Source of the DNA: a virus
Lineage: Duplodnaviria > Caudoviricetes
IMG/VR virus record: IMGVR_UViG_3300036546_000170
Span: 1-40,683 of that record
Strand: one strand, 5' to 3'
Length of the DNA: 40,683 nt
Below are positions 1 to 7,647 of the stretch, piece by piece. The notes beneath the pieces are model-generated. The model searched no databases, was not told where the DNA came from, and saw only the letters and a program-made list of their open reading frames with translations. Numbering within the stretch: the first letter of the stretch is position 1; every line of letters starts with the position of its first letter. The position numbers and the translations under genes are program-made.

Positions 1-93
1 TGCGGTCTTGGGCGATACACGCAGCCAACGACCTGCGGCCTGCTGTGTGAGGCCGAGGGTGGTTAGGGCGGTGCGGTATTCGAGCGGGGTCAT
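1..93 (-). CDS. HTH transcriptional regulator, 5' part (runs off window; allele of 39704-39961)
   Basis: Manual translation MTPLEYRTALTTLGLTQQAAGRWLRVSPKTA matches the 39704-39961 product. Confidence 0.75.
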   Translation of the reverse strand, partial: MTPLEYRTALTTLGLTQQAAGRWLRVSPKTA

Positions 94-404
94 TTCGGTA
101 TGACCTTCAGCCATTTTTCGGCATCGTTTGTCCATTCGGTGATCCGCCTTCCTTCAACCAATGCGCCCGGCTGCTTGCCCGCAAAACAACGTAGAGCCGA
201 GATTATTTGGGCGGCTTCGTTCAAGCGGTCACCGATCACTTGTGGCAAGTCAGACAGCATGGGCTTTTCACCCACGCCGGTTTTGATCCTTAGGTCGGCA
301 GTAGCTAGAAAAAGAGCGTCCGTTGCCTTGTGCGGATCGGTCCCCCAATCGCATGGCAGGGCAAGGCACAACGGGCAGCTTTCCTTGGCGGGTTCGGTTT
401 TCAT
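90..404 (-). CDS. Hypothetical protein with N-terminal CxxC...C motif (allele of 40058-40363)
   Basis: ORF track; ATGA overlap with next gene; protein conserved between the two copies. Confidence 0.7.
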   Translation of the reverse strand: MKTEPAKESCPLCLALPCDWGTDPHKATDALFLATADLRIKTGVGEKPMLSDLPQVIGDRLNEAAQIISALRCFAGKQPGALVEGRRITEWTNDAEKWLKVIPK

Positions 405-582
405 TTCGAAGTTCCTGTTCGCGGTGTTTGGCCAGATTGACCAAGCCCAACCGAAGAGATGAGGCGACGACGTTCAGCGCCTCGGGATTGTCGCTGTCGT
501 GGATCGCCTCAGCTAGTTCGGAGAGGAGCCCCCGCATCCGGTTGTCATGGATGCGGGTTAGCCAAAAGTCGTCTCGCCTCAC
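268..582 (-). CDS. Hypothetical protein (allele of 40236-40541)
   Basis: GTG start overlapping upstream stop (GTGA); MRRDDFWLTRIHDNRMRGLLSEL conserved in both copies. Confidence 0.6.
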   Translation of the reverse strand: MRRDDFWLTRIHDNRMRGLLSELAEAIHDSDNPEALNVVASSLRLGLVNLAKHREQELRNENRTRQGKLPVVPCPAMRLGDRSAQGNGRSFSSYCRPKDQNRRG

Positions 583-713
583 GCCACGAACACCCCTCGT
601 TCCGCCAGCCAAGCCTTGTGCCAAGCGATCTTGGCTTGGATGGCGGCGGTGTTGCCAATGCCCTGGTCGAGGTAGGCGTTCAGGGCTTCGATAATAACGA
701 TGTGACCGGCCAT
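579..713 (-). CDS. Small hypothetical protein, 44 aa
   Basis: Manual translation MAGHIVIIEALNAYLDQGIGNTAAIQAKIAWHKAWLAERGVFVA; promoter upstream; coupled to next gene. Confidence 0.6.
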   Translation of the reverse strand: MAGHIVIIEALNAYLDQGIGNTAAIQAKIAWHKAWLAERGVFVA

Positions 714-762
714 AATCTTCAATCCATCCGGCTAGTGCTTCATTGCCCTGCGCCGTTGATTG

Positions 763-791
763 GTTATGCCAGATGTGCAGATATTGCGCAA
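763..791 (-). promoter_or_regulatory. Putative sigma70-type promoter
   Basis: TTGCGC-17 bp-CATAAC upstream of the ATG at 713. Confidence 0.45.
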
Positions 792-803
792 CCCACTATC
801 GGA

Positions 804-1235
804 TTATTTTTCCTCCGACTTGAGAGCCGCAATCCGCATCAGCAAGTCATCGTCCGCCTTAGCCACCCAACCAACCGTCTGAATAGGCCCGCCGTCTGTG
901 CCGGTGTGTTCTAGGATCTGCTTCGGTTCGCGCCAGTCCTCTTCGGCGCAGTTAACCAGGGCGAACTTACGGGCGTTCATGGCGGGCGCAGGAACAGACA
1001 TGTCCATGATGCCGGTTTCCAAGAAACGCGCTCTGACCAGCTTGGCGACCTTGCAAGCCTGATCGAACTCAGGGTGCTGTTCACGCCATCCAGTGAGCGT
1101 GTCTCGCGCCACTAGGATGCCTCCACAGAAGGCACTTAAGGAAAAGCCCTTCGCCGCATCCTCAATCACAGCTTCACAGTAAGCAGGATCGTATTTGGTT
1201 GGGCGTCCGACTGCGGGTTTAAGTTCGTCTGTCAT
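804..1235 (-). CDS. terS: Terminase small subunit
   Basis: GRPTKY N-terminus, HTH segment TLTGWREQHPEF, C-terminal EHTGTDGGPIQ typical of TerS proteins. Confidence 0.8.
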   Translation of the reverse strand: MTDELKPAVGRPTKYDPAYCEAVIEDAAKGFSLSAFCGGILVARDTLTGWREQHPEFDQACKVAKLVRARFLETGIMDMSVPAPAMNARKFALVNCAEEDWREPKQILEHTGTDGGPIQTVGWVAKADDDLLMRIAALKSEEK

Positions 1236-1420
1236 GGCGTCTTTTCCTTACCGTCAGAGACAGCCTTTTCATACGCCTCTCGAATGCCGTCAGTGTTTCG
1301 CTTCAGCCGACCACGAGCAGAATCATAAGATGGCGTCCCTCTTCCGGTGCAGGCCTTGTGAAGGTTCATGCCCTTAGACACTCGCGAAAGCATCGTGTCG
1401 TATTTAACTCCGAAGCTCAC
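1232..1420 (-). CDS. Small HTH protein resembling an isolated TerS DNA-binding domain
   Basis: GAGGA RBS plus GTG; RVSKGMNLHKAC..GTPSYDSARGRL..IREAYEKA resembles the Sf6-type TerS N-domain pattern; ATGA overlap with terS. Confidence 0.55.
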   Translation of the reverse strand: MSFGVKYDTMLSRVSKGMNLHKACTGRGTPSYDSARGRLKRNTDGIREAYEKAVSDGKEKTP

Positions 1421-1604
1421 TTTATCCTCACTTGGTTGGCTAAGGTGGGGGAATGACTTTGGCGTCTCCTCACCCCTGTAAAGCCCCGCCGGGTTCCCCT
1501 AGGGGCTACAGGTGAGGAAGCCGAAAGTCAAGCCCACCACCGCCAAGTTAAACAGGGGGTGTTTTCCTCACCTGTTCCTCACCTGTGAGAGCAAGGTGAG
1601 GAAG
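1421..1604. other. Putative replication origin (iterons plus long imperfect palindrome)
   Basis: TTCCTCACCT at 1564 and 1575 (forward), 1510-1519 and 1594-1603 (reverse), degenerate copies at 1425 and 1467; palindrome 1455-1529; non-coding gap right after primase-helicase. Confidence 0.6.
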
Positions 1605-3620
1605 TCAGAATGGGTCCTCATACTCTTCGGGTTCGGGCGTTGAAAGGCCCGTCGCCATTGGGATTTCATTCTCTGGGCAGCGGACGAACTGGCGCATATT
1701 CCCCTTGCCGTCTTTGGCGAGTTCCATCACCAGCACCCCACTCTGAAGCCATGTTTTGATGGCGATGAGGAGTGTTGACTTGCCAGATTTATCCACAGAA
1801 TCGATGCCGAATTTCTTGCCAAGGATGTGACCGACCCAATCCGGTGACTGTGTGTCGTAGCGCGCGGCCATAGGTGCATCGTGAACGGCGCGCTGTGCGA
1901 TCATGGCTGCGTTGTGGGGAAGTGAAGCGAGAGCGTGGGCTTTCTCGGGCAGAGCGTAGTGCTCAACGACGCCAACGTGGTCAGAGACGCCTACAGGACC
2001 GTTGCATAGGTCGTGGTCGTGAAGGTGCCGCCATTTAGCGTCAGACGACCGCTTGGACATGTTGGCCTTGCCGTTGGTGACGCTGAAATAGGAGAAGCGA
2101 TCTTCAATGTTGAAGTTCGGGATGGCCTCAGCGATCTCCTCGCTCATGACGTTGAGGACGCGGGCCGAACGAACGCCACCAATGAGGGCTGATGCGCCGC
2201 GAGCGTCGTTAACGTCGGTCTGCTCCTTGGAGCCACCGCCTGGTTTGCGAACGTGGTGAACGATCTCGACGGCACAGTTAGCGCGCTCAGCGAGCTTGCC
2301 TAGGCGTTTGACGATGGCATCAATGGCGTTGTTGTCGTTCTCGCCCATGCGATGCGAGGACACGAACGGGTCGAGAATGAACACGTCGATCTGTCGCGCG
2401 AGGATCTCAGCCTCAAGGTCGTCAAAGAGGTCTTCATCCAGCGTAATTTTGCCCGCCGCTATCTCGCCCAGGGTCACGGCCTGCTCGCGTCCGGTGTCAG
2501 TGAAGAGGCGAGAGGCGAAGTCGTCGGGCTTAAGACCGTGATGCATGGCTGCGGCAACGACGCGGCGTTGTGTCTCGTCCTGCGGATCTTCACCGTTCCA
2601 ATACCAGACGCGAAGAGGGTCGGCGGTGCGGACCTTATCATCAACGAGGAGGTCGCGGCCCGATGTCATGGCGAGGGCCTCGACAAGCTCAAGGGACGAC
2701 TTGCCTAGACCGCCGGGGGACACTGTGACGGACACGAACCGGCGGATGAGGTGATGACCATAGAGCCATGCGCGGGGCTGGATAGCGCTTGGGTCGATCC
2801 ACTGAAACGGGGTGGGGGTGACTTTAGGAGGCTGGCCCTGTGCATTATCCAGACCCAAGTCAGCCGGATAAAGCGCCATGTCCTGCAACGCCTCGACTGT
2901 GCCGCCAGCCGTCAGCCAATCGGTCACGTCCTTATGAGGCGCTGGCATGGAGATGTGCGTCACGTCGGCAATGGCCTGCGAGACGCGATCACGCCAGCGA
3001 GCGCCGGTCGGGTCATTGTCCGCAATGGCGATGACTTTGCGACCGTCGAACCACTTGCCGAAGTCAAGCGTCAAAGGGAAAGCGGACCCACCTCCTGGGG
3101 CTGTCGTCGCCAGCAGTCCAAGGGCCGCGAGATTATCGGCGTCTTTCTCACCTTCGACTAGCCAGATGGTGTCGTCAGGACGGGCGATGATCTCGGGCAG
3201 ACGATAAGGGACGGGAGGGCCTTTGGGCTTGCCGTTCTCCCAGCCGTCGATTTCCCAATGCGACTGCGAGAACGTCTTGTCGGACTTGCGGGTGACGCGA
3301 AGGTAATTTTCGCCGTGCTCGTCCTGATAGACATAATGACAGACGATCTTCGGCTTGGTCATGAGCGGATGCATCCTGTCTGATTTGGCGGGTTGCCACT
3401 CGGGGAGACCAAGCTTGGAGCGGACATGCTCACGGCATTGGATTGGATCGTCGTCGGAGAAACTGTGAACGATGAATCCCTCGGGCGCATCAGGATCAAG
3501 CATCACGGACAAGCTGCGGTCTCTTGCGCTATGACCCGGACCAGGGCAGACTATCCCGTTCGGCGTCATGTCTCCACCAAGTGACCGAGCCGCGTGTGTG
3601 CGGTCGATGTAGTGGGTCAC
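1605..3620 (-). CDS. Primase-helicase (TOPRIM plus RecA-type AAA helicase)
   Basis: CPGPGH..DRSLSV N-domain, LVEGEKDA and ADND TOPRIM motifs, Walker A SPGGLGKS, ILDP Walker B, VHHVRK, ARGASAL. Confidence 0.9.
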   Translation of the reverse strand: MTHYIDRTHAARSLGGDMTPNGIVCPGPGHSARDRSLSVMLDPDAPEGFIVHSFSDDDPIQCREHVRSKLGLPEWQPAKSDRMHPLMTKPKIVCHYVYQDEHGENYLRVTRKSDKTFSQSHWEIDGWENGKPKGPPVPYRLPEIIARPDDTIWLVEGEKDADNLAALGLLATTAPGGGSAFPLTLDFGKWFDGRKVIAIADNDPTGARWRDRVSQAIADVTHISMPAPHKDVTDWLTAGGTVEALQDMALYPADLGLDNAQGQPPKVTPTPFQWIDPSAIQPRAWLYGHHLIRRFVSVTVSPGGLGKSSLELVEALAMTSGRDLLVDDKVRTADPLRVWYWNGEDPQDETQRRVVAAAMHHGLKPDDFASRLFTDTGREQAVTLGEIAAGKITLDEDLFDDLEAEILARQIDVFILDPFVSSHRMGENDNNAIDAIVKRLGKLAERANCAVEIVHHVRKPGGGSKEQTDVNDARGASALIGGVRSARVLNVMSEEIAEAIPNFNIEDRFSYFSVTNGKANMSKRSSDAKWRHLHDHDLCNGPVGVSDHVGVVEHYALPEKAHALASLPHNAAMIAQRAVHDAPMAARYDTQSPDWVGHILGKKFGIDSVDKSGKSTLLIAIKTWLQSGVLVMELAKDGKGNMRQFVRCPENEIPMATGLSTPEPEEYEDPF

Positions 3621-3808
3621 GGACGGGACGCCTGTTCCATGTCAATAAGCTCTTTCAGCGAGGCTAGACCCGCCGTCATAAGGTCAGGCCAAACGCCACG
3701 CGGTATGACATTGCGACTAGCCCACATACGGATAGTGCCATCACGATAGCCGCACACATTATGTAGTGTTTGCGGGGTTTTTTCGGCAATCCACTCTCGA
3801 AACGTCAT
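3617..3808 (-). CDS. Cro-like small HTH protein
   Basis: 63 aa; GTIRMWASRNVIP resembles a Cro-type recognition helix; first gene of a divergent control region; GAGGG RBS. Confidence 0.55.
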   Translation of the reverse strand: MTFREWIAEKTPQTLHNVCGYRDGTIRMWASRNVIPRGVWPDLMTAGLASLKELIDMEQASRP

Positions 3809-3816
3809 GTAAAATC

Positions 3817-3866
3817 CCTCTTGATTGAAAGATGGGTATCACATAGAGTGATGGCACATCAAGAGG
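3817..3866. promoter_or_regulatory. Symmetric divergent promoter/operator region
   Basis: Inverted repeat CCTCTTGAT (3817-3825) / ATCAAGAGG (3858-3866); central TATCAC-N5-GTGATG (3837-3853); TTGATT-17-TAGAGT rightward. Confidence 0.6.
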
Positions 3867-3874
3867 AGAGATAG

Positions 3875-4030
3875 ATGAAGCTGACAGAAAAAGATTGGCG
3901 CGCAGTGGCGCAGAAGGCCACGGAGGACGCTGCAAGAGCGCTTCGCGTTGGTGGGAACAGCGATGAGATTTGCTATCTACTCACGCGCGCTCTCGACGCG
4001 ATGAAAGAGAGTGCAGCAGCCAATGATTAA
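3875..4030 (+). CDS. Small hypothetical protein, 51 aa
   Basis: AGAGGAG RBS; MKLTEKDWRAVAQKATEDAARALRVGG...; overlaps exonuclease start. Confidence 0.65.
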   Translation: MKLTEKDWRAVAQKATEDAARALRVGGNSDEICYLLTRALDAMKESAAAND

Positions 4031-4706
4031 GATCCACACCACGCTAGAACAAGGCACGGAAGCATGGCTTCAAGCCCGCTGCGGCCTCATCACCGCCAGC
4101 GAAATGAAGCTGCTGTTGACCCCGACAATGAAGATCGCGGATAACGACAAGGTCCGCGCGCACCTGTGGGAACTTCTGGCGCAGCGCGTTACCCGCTATA
4201 TCGAGCCGCGCTATATTAACGACGACATGATGCGCGGTATTGAGTCGGAGCCTATTGCGCGTGAAATCTACGCCGAACAGGTTGCGATTGATGAGGCGGT
4301 CGAACAGGTCGGCTTCATCACGAACGACACCTGGGGCTATGCGATTGGGTATAGCCCTGACGCGCTGGTCGGGAATGACGGCCTGTGGGAGTGCAAGGCC
4401 CCGCGCCAGAAGACGCAGATAGAGACTATCGTTAGCGGTGAAGTCCCGGCTGACCACGTGCTACAGCTACAGACGGGATTGCTGGTGTCGGGGCGCAAAT
4501 GGATCGACTTCAGCAGCTACCACGGCGGCATGTATATGCCGACATATCGGGTCTATCCCGACGAGGCCGTGCAGCAAGCCATTTTGGATGCGTCCGCCTC
4601 CTTTGAAGCCAAGATTGCCGAAAAGCTGGCGACATATGAACAGCGCGTCGAGGCCGGGAAAATGATCCTGACCGAGCGCGCCATTGAAGAGGAGATGATG
4701 ACGTGA
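4023..4706 (+). CDS. YqaJ/lambda-exonuclease family recombination exonuclease
   Basis: EQGTEAWLQARCGLITAS, GYSPDALVG, WECKAP, QLQTGL motifs. Confidence 0.9.
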   Translation: MIKIHTTLEQGTEAWLQARCGLITASEMKLLLTPTMKIADNDKVRAHLWELLAQRVTRYIEPRYINDDMMRGIESEPIAREIYAEQVAIDEAVEQVGFITNDTWGYAIGYSPDALVGNDGLWECKAPRQKTQIETIVSGEVPADHVLQLQTGLLVSGRKWIDFSSYHGGMYMPTYRVYPDEAVQQAILDASASFEAKIAEKLATYEQRVEAGKMILTERAIEEEMMT

Positions 4707-5347
4707 GTGATATGGCGGCAATTATCCAGCCCAAGAGCGATCAGCTAAACGCGGATTCGCTGCTGGACGGACCCAAGACGATCAAGATCACGAAGGTGAC
4801 TGTGACGCCGAGCGTTGAGCAGCCCTGCACCGTGCATTACGAAGGCGAGGACGGACGGCCCTACAAGCCGTGCAAGTCTATGGCCCGCGTCATGGTGCTG
4901 GTATGGGGCGGCGACTCGAAAGCCTATGTCGGCAAGTCGATGACGCTCTATCACGACCCCGAAGTGAAGTGGGGCGGCATGAAGGTCGGAGGCATCCGTA
5001 TCAGCCACATGAGCGATATGAAGTCGAACGCTCCGTTGATGCTGACCGTGACGCGCGGCAAGAAAGCCCCGTATTCGGTCAAGCCTCTGGCTGCTGACGT
5101 TGTGCCGCTGAAGGTCGTTGAGACGCCCAGCGAGCCACAGGGTGACGCCTTCGACCTCCTCGCCTTCATGGGCGAAGTCGATAACCACCTGTCTACCGCC
5201 TGCGACGCGGACGAACTGCAAGCCTGGTGGGACGAACGCAAGCCCAACCGAATGAAGGCAGGCGCGACCGACAAGGCAGCGGCTATCAAGATCGCTGAAA
5301 CCGTTAAAGCAAAGATTGCCGCACTTCGCGGTGAAGGAGAAGTTTGA
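4703..5347 (+). CDS. Conserved phage protein, candidate recombination/annealing partner
   Basis: Coupled between exonuclease and SSB; no motif I can assign to RecT, Erf or Sak. Confidence 0.6.
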   Translation: MSDMAAIIQPKSDQLNADSLLDGPKTIKITKVTVTPSVEQPCTVHYEGEDGRPYKPCKSMARVMVLVWGGDSKAYVGKSMTLYHDPEVKWGGMKVGGIRISHMSDMKSNAPLMLTVTRGKKAPYSVKPLAADVVPLKVVETPSEPQGDAFDLLAFMGEVDNHLSTACDADELQAWWDERKPNRMKAGATDKAAAIKIAETVKAKIAALRGEGEV

Positions 5348-5736
5348 TGCAAACCCTGACCATCGCCGGTAACGTCGGCAACGTGAAAGACATCAAGGAC
5401 GTGAACGGCGACAAGGTGCTGAATTTCAGCATCGCCGTTGACAACGGCAAGGACAAGAAAGGCGAGAAACGCGACGCAACGTGGTTCGATTGCGCGCTAT
5501 GGGGCAAGCGCGCTGAGTCGCTGGCTCCGTATATCAGCAAGGGGTCGAAGCTGGCTGTGTCGGGCCGTCCGTCAGCCCGCGCCCATGACGGCAAGGCGTA
5601 TCTTGGCCTGACCGTGAACGAGTTGACGTTTATGGGTGGTGGGGCTGATCGGGGCGAGGCAAAACAGGAATACACGCCGCAAGAGGCCAGCAAACCGATC
5701 CCGGCCTATGACTTGAACGACGACATCCCCTTCTAG
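5347..5736 (+). CDS. ssb: Single-stranded DNA-binding protein
   Basis: IAGNVG, TWFDCALWGKRAE, KGSKLAVSG, acidic tail DLNDDIPF. Confidence 0.95.
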   Translation: MQTLTIAGNVGNVKDIKDVNGDKVLNFSIAVDNGKDKKGEKRDATWFDCALWGKRAESLAPYISKGSKLAVSGRPSARAHDGKAYLGLTVNELTFMGGGADRGEAKQEYTPQEASKPIPAYDLNDDIPF

Positions 5737-6080
5737 CCCGCCGCAATAGCCAGGGCCTCATCCACTGTCCTGGCTAACCCTGCCCGCCCACCTAGCGAGC
5801 GGACCATCTGAATATAGGCCGTCTGAGAATCACTCGGACGGCCTTTTTCAGTCTTGACCTCGATAGCGACGAACGCCCCATCTTTTGCGCAGCCTATGAG
5901 GTCCGAAACTCCTTCAGGCACACCCACGAACGGCTGAGCGTGTTTGATCGTCACTGATCCGTCGTTGTGGCGCTTGGTCGGCCCTACCCAGCCGCGACCG
6001 GCATTGACGCGGACAAGGCGATGTCCAGCGGTGCTAAGCGCACACTGGATCTCTCGCATTAGGCGGCCTTCAGGTGTCAC
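5733..6080 (-). CDS. VRR-NUC domain nuclease
   Basis: GVSDLIG..FVAIEVKTEKGRPSDSQ PD-(D/E)xK motif. Confidence 0.9.
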   Translation of the reverse strand: MTPEGRLMREIQCALSTAGHRLVRVNAGRGWVGPTKRHNDGSVTIKHAQPFVGVPEGVSDLIGCAKDGAFVAIEVKTEKGRPSDSQTAYIQMVRSLGGRAGLARTVDEALAIAAG

Positions 6081-7519
6081 GCGGCACTCCTAGCATCGGC
6101 ATACGCCTCCATAGCCTTGGAGAAAGACACAGGCTTGCCGATGACCTTCATGCGTTGGGCTATCCAAGCGGGCTTGTAACCCCTTTCTACAGCGACGCGG
6201 GCCACGCTGTCGAGATCGCGGCTTGAGCGCATGGTGCGTCGTGCCTGCTCCTTGCGTCGGATCTCCTCAAGCTCGCCTTCGATCTCTTCGACCTTGCGTT
6301 CTTTCACGACGCCTTCACTGGCGCACGACGGACAGCGCGGCTTGGATGCCGGATAGACGCCGAAGCACGACGCGCAATTCTTGATGCGGAAGTCAGGAAC
6401 ACCCTCTTGCCGCTTGCCCTCACGTCCAGCCAAGGACCACTCGTGTTCATCGTCAGGGAAGCCGTGATTGACCGTGCCGTCAGCGTTCATAATGATGTTG
6501 ACGTGATCTAGGATGATGGCTGGCTCAGGCTTAGGTCTCAGTGCGCGCCCCATCATCTGTCTGGCGCGTGGGAGGGACTTGGTAGGGTTGAGCAACTGGA
6601 CGGCCTCAACAGGCACGTCACGCCCAACCTGTGCCGACAGGTCGAACCCTTCGATGCACAGGGCGATAGACACAAGGATGAGCGCGCGGCCATCAGCGAA
6701 CCGCTCAATGCGGTCCAGGCGGTCACCTTTGCTCGTCGTGCCGTCGATATAGACAGCCGGGATGCCAGCGGCGTTGTAGGCGTCAGTGACGTGCGCGCCG
6801 TGCTTGCGGCTGATGGCGAACACCATCGTTCGCTTGCCTGCTGCATACTTTCGCCATGATGCGATGGCGTCGCCGTGAATTGCTGGCTTGTCAAAGCGGT
6901 CCTCAACCTCGCCAACCACATAATCACCCGCCTGGGTGTGCAGGCCTGACAGGTCGGGACGAGTCGGTGCATAGGCGCGATAGTCGGACAGGTGACCGTT
7001 GGCGATCAGCCAGCCTTCGGACGGACCCTCAACGAGAGCGTCGAACATATCGAGGGGTTTTCCGTCCAGGCGCTGAGGCGTGGCGGACAGCCCGACGATC
7101 TTAGCCCCTTCACCCTTGGCGGCGGCGATAAGGGCTGAGCGGGTCTTGCTCGCCCACAAATGAGATTCGTCAGGCACGAACAGCTTACAGCCCTTCAGCA
7201 ACTCAGGCCGGTTGCGGAGGGTGTCAGCGCTGGCGATATAGGCCTTGGCGAACGGGTTGTAGCCGAAGCCAGCGGCGATGTAGCTATATTTGATGCCGAA
7301 CTGATCGAAGGTTTTGGCTGTCTGTGTCGCAAGCTCGATCCGATGGACGCCGAAGATGATCTTTCGATCACGCGCGACAGAACGCTGAGCCATATAGCTG
7401 GCGATCACCGTCTTGCCGCATCCTGTCGGACCACGAAAGAGGATGGAGTCATGCTCAGCGAGTGCAGCGCGCATGTCGTCAATCGCGCGCTGCTGGTAGT
7501 CCCGTAGCTCGACGGTCAC
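6077..7519 (-). CDS. Superfamily 2 (DEAD/DEAH-like) helicase with C-terminal Zn finger
   Basis: LRDYQ, PTGCGKT, DESH, GLSATP, EGFD, QMMGRALR, CxxC..CxxC. Confidence 0.92.
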   Translation of the reverse strand: MTVELRDYQQRAIDDMRAALAEHDSILFRGPTGCGKTVIASYMAQRSVARDRKIIFGVHRIELATQTAKTFDQFGIKYSYIAAGFGYNPFAKAYIASADTLRNRPELLKGCKLFVPDESHLWASKTRSALIAAAKGEGAKIVGLSATPQRLDGKPLDMFDALVEGPSEGWLIANGHLSDYRAYAPTRPDLSGLHTQAGDYVVGEVEDRFDKPAIHGDAIASWRKYAAGKRTMVFAISRKHGAHVTDAYNAAGIPAVYIDGTTSKGDRLDRIERFADGRALILVSIALCIEGFDLSAQVGRDVPVEAVQLLNPTKSLPRARQMMGRALRPKPEPAIILDHVNIIMNADGTVNHGFPDDEHEWSLAGREGKRQEGVPDFRIKNCASCFGVYPASKPRCPSCASEGVVKERKVEEIEGELEEIRRKEQARRTMRSSRDLDSVARVAVERGYKPAWIAQRMKVIGKPVSFSKAMEAYADARSAA

Positions 7520-7647
7520 CGCTCACCCCTCTGCCGCATCGTCACCCACAGCCAGGTATATTCCCTGCGGCATTTCTCGCACTTCAGATCGTCCGTCACC
7601 TCCCCCTCGCACTTCTCGCACGTCGGGAGCTTGGAGGGGCGGGTCAT
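7516..7647 (-). CDS. Small Zn-ribbon protein, 43 aa
   Basis: Manual translation MTRPSKLPTCEKCEGEVTDDLKCEKCRREYTWLWVTMRQRGER; ATGA and GTGA overlaps on both sides. Confidence 0.65.
   Translation of the reverse strand: MTRPSKLPTCEKCEGEVTDDLKCEKCRREYTWLWVTMRQRGER

Larger units (their letters stand above)
1..724. repeat. Diverged copy A of terminal duplication (pairs with 39869-40683)
   Basis: 1-21 is identical to 39869-39889 and 598-724 is identical to 40557-40683 (127 bp); the sequence between is homologous but diverged, with indels. Confidence 0.95.

Noticed and set aside
1-724. Diversity-generating retroelement (template/variable repeat pair) as cause of the diverged end repeats
   Set aside because: No reverse transcriptase gene; differences are not adenine-specific and include indels and synonymous changes across several genes.
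1421-1604. CRISPR array
   Set aside because: Repeats are 10-11 bp, in both orientations and irregularly spaced; no cas genes.
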